Source: Candidatus Poribacteria bacterium
GTDB taxonomy: Bacteria > Poribacteria > WGA-4E > WGA-3G
Assembly: GCA_965242965.1 (NCBI GenBank)
Contig: OZ251518.1
Location: 1,760,001-1,824,000 of the forward strand
Direction of reading: 5' to 3'
Length of the DNA: 64,000 nt
Notes under the pieces: model-generated
Told to the model about the DNA's origin: nothing
Database searches by the model: none
Seen by the model: only the letters and a program-made list of their open reading frames with translations
Part shown: positions 58,913-64,000 of the stretch, one piece after another
How the letters are laid out: each line of letters starts with the position of its first letter
Numbering within the stretch: position 1 is the first letter of the stretch
Made by a program: the position numbers and the translations under genes

Positions 58913-59883
58913 ATCCATCACTTACCATCGGCACGCGAGGCAGCCAACTCGCACTCTGGCAGGCACGCTTTGTCCAAAAACAGGTGAACGGGCACTTTCC
59001 AGAGGTGACGGTATCCCTCAAAATCATCAAAACCACCGGCGATGCTGTCCAGAACCGTTCACTGCTTGGACTCGGAAAAGGCGTGTTTACCAAGGAGATC
59101 GAAGCCGCGCTGCTAACAGGTGAAATCGATCTGGCTGTGCATAGCCTCAAAGATTTGCCTACGGCACTTCCCGATGGGCTCCACATCACCGCAATTCCGG
59201 CGCGGGAAGATGCACGCGATGTGCTGATTACGTGCTCAGGGATGACATTGACGCAACTGCCAAAGAATGCCACAATCGGCACGACGAGCCCCCGGCGGAA
59301 GGCGCAACTCCTCCTCGCGCGGCCAGACTTGCGCGTTGTTGATGTGCGCGGTAATATTGATACGCGCTTACGCAAACTGCACGAAACCGATTTAGATGGA
59401 ATCATCCTCGCCGCCGCTGGGATTAAACGCCTTTATGATTATAGTCCGGGCTCGCCTGAGCCCAAAAAGGACAGATTGCCCTATCTGCCCGATAACGCGC
59501 TCCAGTTTTTTGATACCGAAACCATGGTGCCGGCTGTCGGACAAGGCGCGCTTGCCATTGAAGCGCGCGCAGATGATAACACCGTTGCCAAACTCATCGT
59601 GCCGCTTAACGATGCACGCGCAGCAGCGGAAGTCACCGCCGAGAGAACCGTTTTGGAGCGTCTCGGTGGCGGATGTCACGTGCCTATCGGCGCGAACGCG
59701 ATGCATCGCAACGATGAACTCTACCTCATCGCAGCTGTCTGTCATCCCGAAGGCACGTCGCGCATCGTGGAGAGAGTAAAAGGCGCGCCGGACAACGCGC
59801 AAGGCTTAGGGGAGGTTGTTGCGGAAAAACTTCTTCGCAGTGGGGCAGCAGAACTTCTCATATCAAATTCCCTTGGCACGTAG
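58909..59883 (+). CDS. hemC: Porphobilinogen deaminase
   Basis: IGTRGSQLALWQ, GKGVFTKEIE, AVHSLKD, RGNIDTRL, PAVGQGAL, GGCHVP. Confidence 0.97.
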   Translation: MNPSLTIGTRGSQLALWQARFVQKQVNGHFPEVTVSLKIIKTTGDAVQNRSLLGLGKGVFTKEIEAALLTGEIDLAVHSLKDLPTALPDGLHITAIPAREDARDVLITCSGMTLTQLPKNATIGTTSPRRKAQLLLARPDLRVVDVRGNIDTRLRKLHETDLDGIILAAAGIKRLYDYSPGSPEPKKDRLPYLPDNALQFFDTETMVPAVGQGALAIEARADDNTVAKLIVPLNDARAAAEVTAERTVLERLGGGCHVPIGANAMHRNDELYLIAAVCHPEGTSRIVERVKGAPDNAQGLGEVVAEKLLRSGAAELLISNSLGT

Positions 59884-59992
59884 CGCGTGGGCCTGTCGGC
59901 ACGTAGCGCGTGGGCCTGTCCCCCGCGATCGTGGCCTACAAGCCCACGCCCGACGAAGAAAGCCCGATTGAATGCTGAAACTTCATCCGATT

Positions 59993-61498
59993 ATGAACAA
60001 CCACGGAATCGTCTACATTGTCGGCGCGGGGCCCGGCGATAGAAAACTCATCACCCTCAAAGCGGTTGAATGCCTGCAGCGCGCCGATGTCGTCATCTAT
60101 GATTTACTCCTGAACGATGCGCTACTCGACTATTGTCCGCCTCATACCGAGAAAATTCAGGCACCAGACCCGCGTGTCCGGACGACACGCCAAACTGAAC
60201 TGAATCAACAGCTAGTCCAGCACGCGAAGGCAGGGAAAACCGTCGTCCGTTTGAAAGGCGGAGATCCTTATGTTTTCGGGCGCGGCGGCGAGGAAGCACT
60301 CGCACTCACCGAAGCCGACATTCCGTTTGAGGTGGTGCCCGGCATTACCGCCGCTATCGCCGCGACAGCATACGCGGGTATCCCTGTCACGCATCGCGAC
60401 TACGCCTCGTCGGTTGCGTTCGTCACTGGGCATTCCGCCGCGCTGCGCCCCAATTCAAACATCAACTGGGAGCACCTCGCCACCGCCGTGGATACGCTCG
60501 TCGTTTACATGGGTGTTGCGCACCTCGCGCAAATTGTGGACAGGTTAACAACGCACGGCAGAAATCCGAAAACGCCTGTGAGTCTTATCCGCGTCGGCAC
60601 GACACCGCAGCAGCGCGTCATCCAAGGCACCCTTGCCGACATCGTCCAAAAAGTGGTGGATGCGCAACTCAACAGTCCCGCCGTTATCGTCGTCGGCGAG
60701 GTAAACCAATTGCGCCAACATTTGTGCTGGTTTGATACCAAACCGCTTTTCGGTAAACGGGTGCTTGTCACGCGCGCCCGCGCGCAGGCGAGTGAATTCG
60801 CTGCACTGCTGGAAGCGAACGGTGCCGAGGTTATCCAATATCCCACGATAACGATTCAGCCGATGCGAGAAAATCCGCGCCTTGCCGCCGCCATCGGCGC
60901 GCTGTCTCAATACGGATGGGTGATTTTCACGAGTGTCAATGCCGTTGAGATTTTCTATGAACGTCTCCGAGAAAATGGCAAGGACGCGCGCGCTTTCGGG
61001 ACAAGCAAAATTTGCGCTGTCGGCAAGAAAACGGTTGCGGCATTAAACCGCATCGGCATCCATCCCGATTTTGTTCCAACGCAGTCGCGAGGCAGTGCTA
61101 TCGCCGCCGAGTTAAACGATGTCGCCGATGAAAAAATTCTCCTGCCACGCGCCAAAGTTGCTTCCGCCGAACTGCCCGACAGCTTGCGAGCGAAAGCCGC
61201 CCAAGTTGACGACATCCCACTCTATGAAACGCTTACAGTGGCGAACGCAAACCGCGATGCCATAGCGAAACAACTCTTAAACGGCACCATTGACATCGTG
61301 ACGTTCACCAGTTCCTCTACGGTGACGAATTTTTTGGAGATGTTTCCGGCGGAGGCATTAGCGAACGTTCGCGTTGCTGTCATCGGCCCCGCAACGCAGG
61401 CGACAACGGTAACGCACGGCGTGCATGTTGACATCGTCGCGCGCGAGGCAACGATAGAGCGTCTTGTGGAGGCAATTGTCGCGGCGGACAGGACTTAA
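59993..61498 (+). CDS. cobA: Uroporphyrinogen-III C-methyltransferase / uroporphyrinogen-III synthase fusion
   Basis: VGAGPGD, RLKGGDP.FGRGGEE, PGITA; C-terminal VLVTRA, FTSVNAV, FTSSSTV (HemD). Confidence 0.95.
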   Translation: MNNHGIVYIVGAGPGDRKLITLKAVECLQRADVVIYDLLLNDALLDYCPPHTEKIQAPDPRVRTTRQTELNQQLVQHAKAGKTVVRLKGGDPYVFGRGGEEALALTEADIPFEVVPGITAAIAATAYAGIPVTHRDYASSVAFVTGHSAALRPNSNINWEHLATAVDTLVVYMGVAHLAQIVDRLTTHGRNPKTPVSLIRVGTTPQQRVIQGTLADIVQKVVDAQLNSPAVIVVGEVNQLRQHLCWFDTKPLFGKRVLVTRARAQASEFAALLEANGAEVIQYPTITIQPMRENPRLAAAIGALSQYGWVIFTSVNAVEIFYERLRENGKDARAFGTSKICAVGKKTVAALNRIGIHPDFVPTQSRGSAIAAELNDVADEKILLPRAKVASAELPDSLRAKAAQVDDIPLYETLTVANANRDAIAKQLLNGTIDIVTFTSSSTVTNFLEMFPAEALANVRVAVIGPATQATTVTHGVHVDIVAREATIERLVEAIVAADRT

Positions 61499-61501
61499 TT
61501 A

Positions 61502-62340
61502 CCGTAGCGCGGGGGCCTGTCCCCCGCGAGCGTTCAGTTGTCTGAAGCAGGATTTACAAGATTTATAGGATTAGCAAGATTAGGGGCTCTTGTCAACGCG
61601 AATTTCCTATTGCCCGTAGCGCGGGGGCCTGTCCCCCGCGAGCGTTCAGTTGTCTGAAGCAGGATTTACAAGATTTATAGGATTAGCAAGATTAGGGGCT
61701 CTTGTCAACGCGAATTTCCTCTTTACCGTAGCGCGGGGGCCTGTCCCCCGCGATCTCTCATTTGTTTGAAGCCGGATTAACCTAAGTAGTTCGGGATCGC
61801 CTGATCCCGAACAGGTCAAGATCGGGCGATCTTACCCTACAGAGACGAGACAAATTATCTGTCCCCCGCGATGTTAACTGTCTGGAGCAGGAGTTACAAG
61901 ATTTATAGGATTAGCAAGATTATCTCTCGCGCAACGAGCATTCTTTTCGCAATAGATGCCTCTTCAGGTCCTTTAGGACCTGCATGTCTATAGAAAAACG
62001 GACATGCCACCGTTTTCAAGGTCCGTTAGGACCTTAATGGAATGGCAGCCAAGCGAGTCAAGGCACATTAAGGACCTAAAGGACCTTAGGGTGCTCTGCG
62101 ATGCAGGATGCTATAGACATTAAGGTCTTACAGACCTAAAGCCCCGAGCGGAAACGCCACGGTTACCGTAGCGCGGGGGCCTGTCCCCCGCGATCTGCGA
62201 CCGAAACGAGAAACGTCCGCATCTTAGAGGCCACGGACGTTTGCTGTCACGACCGACGCATGGCGAGGGACAGGCCCTCGCCCTACGGTATAGAAGGAGG
62301 GCTTGAGGCATGGCGAGGGACAGGCCCTCGCCCTACGGTG
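61502..62340. repeat. REP mosaic with a ~113-bp tandem duplication, 9-bp periodic repeats and the AGGTCC module
   Basis: Duplicated GTAGCGCGGGGGCCTGTCCCCCGCGAGCGTTCAGTTGTCTGAAGCAGGATTTACAAG... unit. Confidence 0.85.
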
Positions 62341-62355
62341 AACGGAGACGGTTTC

Positions 62356-63966
62356 CTACTTCCGAATCACCATCTTGCGCGTTGCGGAGAAATCACCCGC
62401 GGTCAACGTATAGAAATACACGCCGCTTGCAACGGGTTCTCCTTGTGCATTGCGGCCGTTCCAATAGGCGGCGCGAGAACGGTTTTGATAGATGCCCGCC
62501 GGGACCTGACCGAGTTTCAGCTCGCGGACGAGTTTTCCGTCTGCCGAATAGATGGAGACCTGGACTTCGGCTGCTTCTGCCAACTGATACGGTATCCATG
62601 TCTCCGGGTTAAACGGGTTTGGATAATTCGCAAGCAGGACAGTCTCTTTCGGGACCGGGAGGTCTCTCCTATTGAGTGCAGTCAGCAGCCGTTCCAGCGC
62701 GGCGATGCTGGCCGGGTCTGCGTTTGCTTCCTTCGCATCGCGAATCCACCGCTGCACATCCGCTGCCTGTAGATCCCCGGTCTCAATGACTTCGCCTTGT
62801 AGGAGAGACCTCCCGGTCTCGATTGCAGGCGCGGCCGCCGCATCCACCGCTTCTATCACGGCGAGGATGTCATCAACATCAACCTTCCCATCGCCGTTGA
62901 CATCCGCCTTGCGGTTTGCACCGGCACCGACAGTTTTGCCGTAGTTCCTTGCCACCTCTACGAGGTCATTGACGTTGACTTTACCATTCCCTGTCACATC
63001 CACCGTGAGCAACCGATGCAAAAGGATGGTTCAACTACCTCTACCGGGATTACTGGCGAGAATCTGCCCATTCGGCGAAAATGCTACGGGGCGGTTTCCC
63101 GTGAGCGCGGCTTTGAGGGCACCGGTGCTCGGATTCCAAAGGCGGGTGGTGCCGCTCCCAGTCCCACTCGCCAGGGTCTGCCCGTTCGGGTGGAACACTA
63201 ACGAAACAACATTGCCTGTATGTCCCCGCAGCACGCGCAGGGTGACGTGCGTATCCGGATCCCAGAGACGGGCGGTGTCGTCGTAACTCCCACTCGCCAG
63301 GATGCGACCATCCGGACTCCACGCCACGCGGACGGCTGCCTCCGTATGCCCCCGCAGCACGGCGAAGTTGATGCCGTTGTTCGGATTCCACAACCGCACT
63401 GTACCATCATGACTCCCACTCGCCAGCGTCCTACCATCCGGACTCCACGCAACCGAGGAGACCCAAGACGTATGCCCCCGCAGCGTGCGCACATGCCGCA
63501 GGTTGTTTCTGTCACCCACATCCCAGATGCGGATGGTATTGTCAGCACTCGCACTCGCCAGCAGATAACTGTTCGGCTTGAAGGCGAGTCTCCCGACTCT
63601 CTCTGTATGCCCCACCACTTTGCCGCGCCAGTCGCCATCCTCGCTATAGCGCATCCGAATGTCAGTATTCCCAGGCCCACCATAGGCGATGAAGTGGGGG
63701 TCATGCGAAGGGAGCGCAACGGCCCAGACATTATCGCCGACATCCTGCTCCCAGCGTTGTGTGCCGGTGGTGACATCCCAGGCGCGGAGGGTGTTGTCAA
63801 TACTCCCACTGATAAGCGTCCCGTTACCCTTGAAGGCTATCCCAGTGACAGAACTCGTGTGTCCAGTCAGGGTGTCGGTGTGGACGTATTGTTGTGCGGT
63901 GGCGGTCGTCACTGCCATCGCGGCTATTAACGCTAGCGTTAAGGTTAAAAGCGTTAATGTTTTCAT
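62356..63966 (-). pseudogene. Secreted WD40 + dockerin + FlgD-Ig/T9SS-like CTD protein interrupted by one in-frame TGA (63031-63033)
   Basis: Signal peptide, GHT..V..VAWSPDG..LASGS.D repeats; reads ...GRGS-TGA-TILLHRLLTVDVTGNG... in one frame to NYPNPFNPETWIPYQL...ATRKMVIRK. Confidence 0.75.
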
Positions 63967-64000
63967 TTCGGTTTCTCCTATTCGTAAACGTTCGCGGGGG

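Noticed and set aside
63031-63033. Selenocysteine codon
   Set aside because: Non-catalytic WD40 position with no Cys-equivalent expected; no convincing SECIS hairpin seen downstream
1-64000. rRNA, tRNA, transposase, integrase or prophage genes
   Set aside because: No recognisable motifs by eye; a covariance/HMM scan would be needed to exclude small RNAs

Overview
GC-rich bacterial window. PhyH, dockerin, WD40 and FlgD-Ig/T9SS-like CTD proteins plus dense intergenic palindromes suggest Candidatus Poribacteria (inference only). Contents in order: (1) a minus-strand 12.7-kb operon with a giant LysM/degenerate-M28/FtsX-type membrane protein (2443 aa), a 68-aa membrane peptide, an OPT-like transporter, an unknown protein, a stand-alone PqqD/RRE protein and a MacB/LolD-type ABC ATPase, which is the best candidate for an undescribed system; (2) Zn-ADH, PhyH and DUF350 genes; (3) a dgoD/epimerase/DUF2961 sugar-catabolism cluster; (4) waaA and trxA; (5) a Tat-exported PaoABC-like molybdoenzyme with a Cys-rich fourth gene; (6) duplicated TM-coiled-coil genes; (7) a family of five secreted paralogs with different C-terminal modules; (8) a hemB-hemL-ispB-sirC-ccsA-hemA-hemC-cobA/hemD cluster; (9) a WD40-dockerin-CTD gene split by one in-frame TGA. 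Intergenic DNA is a mosaic of several GTAG-type REP-like palindrome families. Some are packaged in MITE-like elements with 14-bp TIRs and 8-bp target duplications, and some have invaded coding sequences in frame. No rRNA, tRNA, CRISPR array or transposase was recognised. All calls come from reading motifs by eye; no database search was run.
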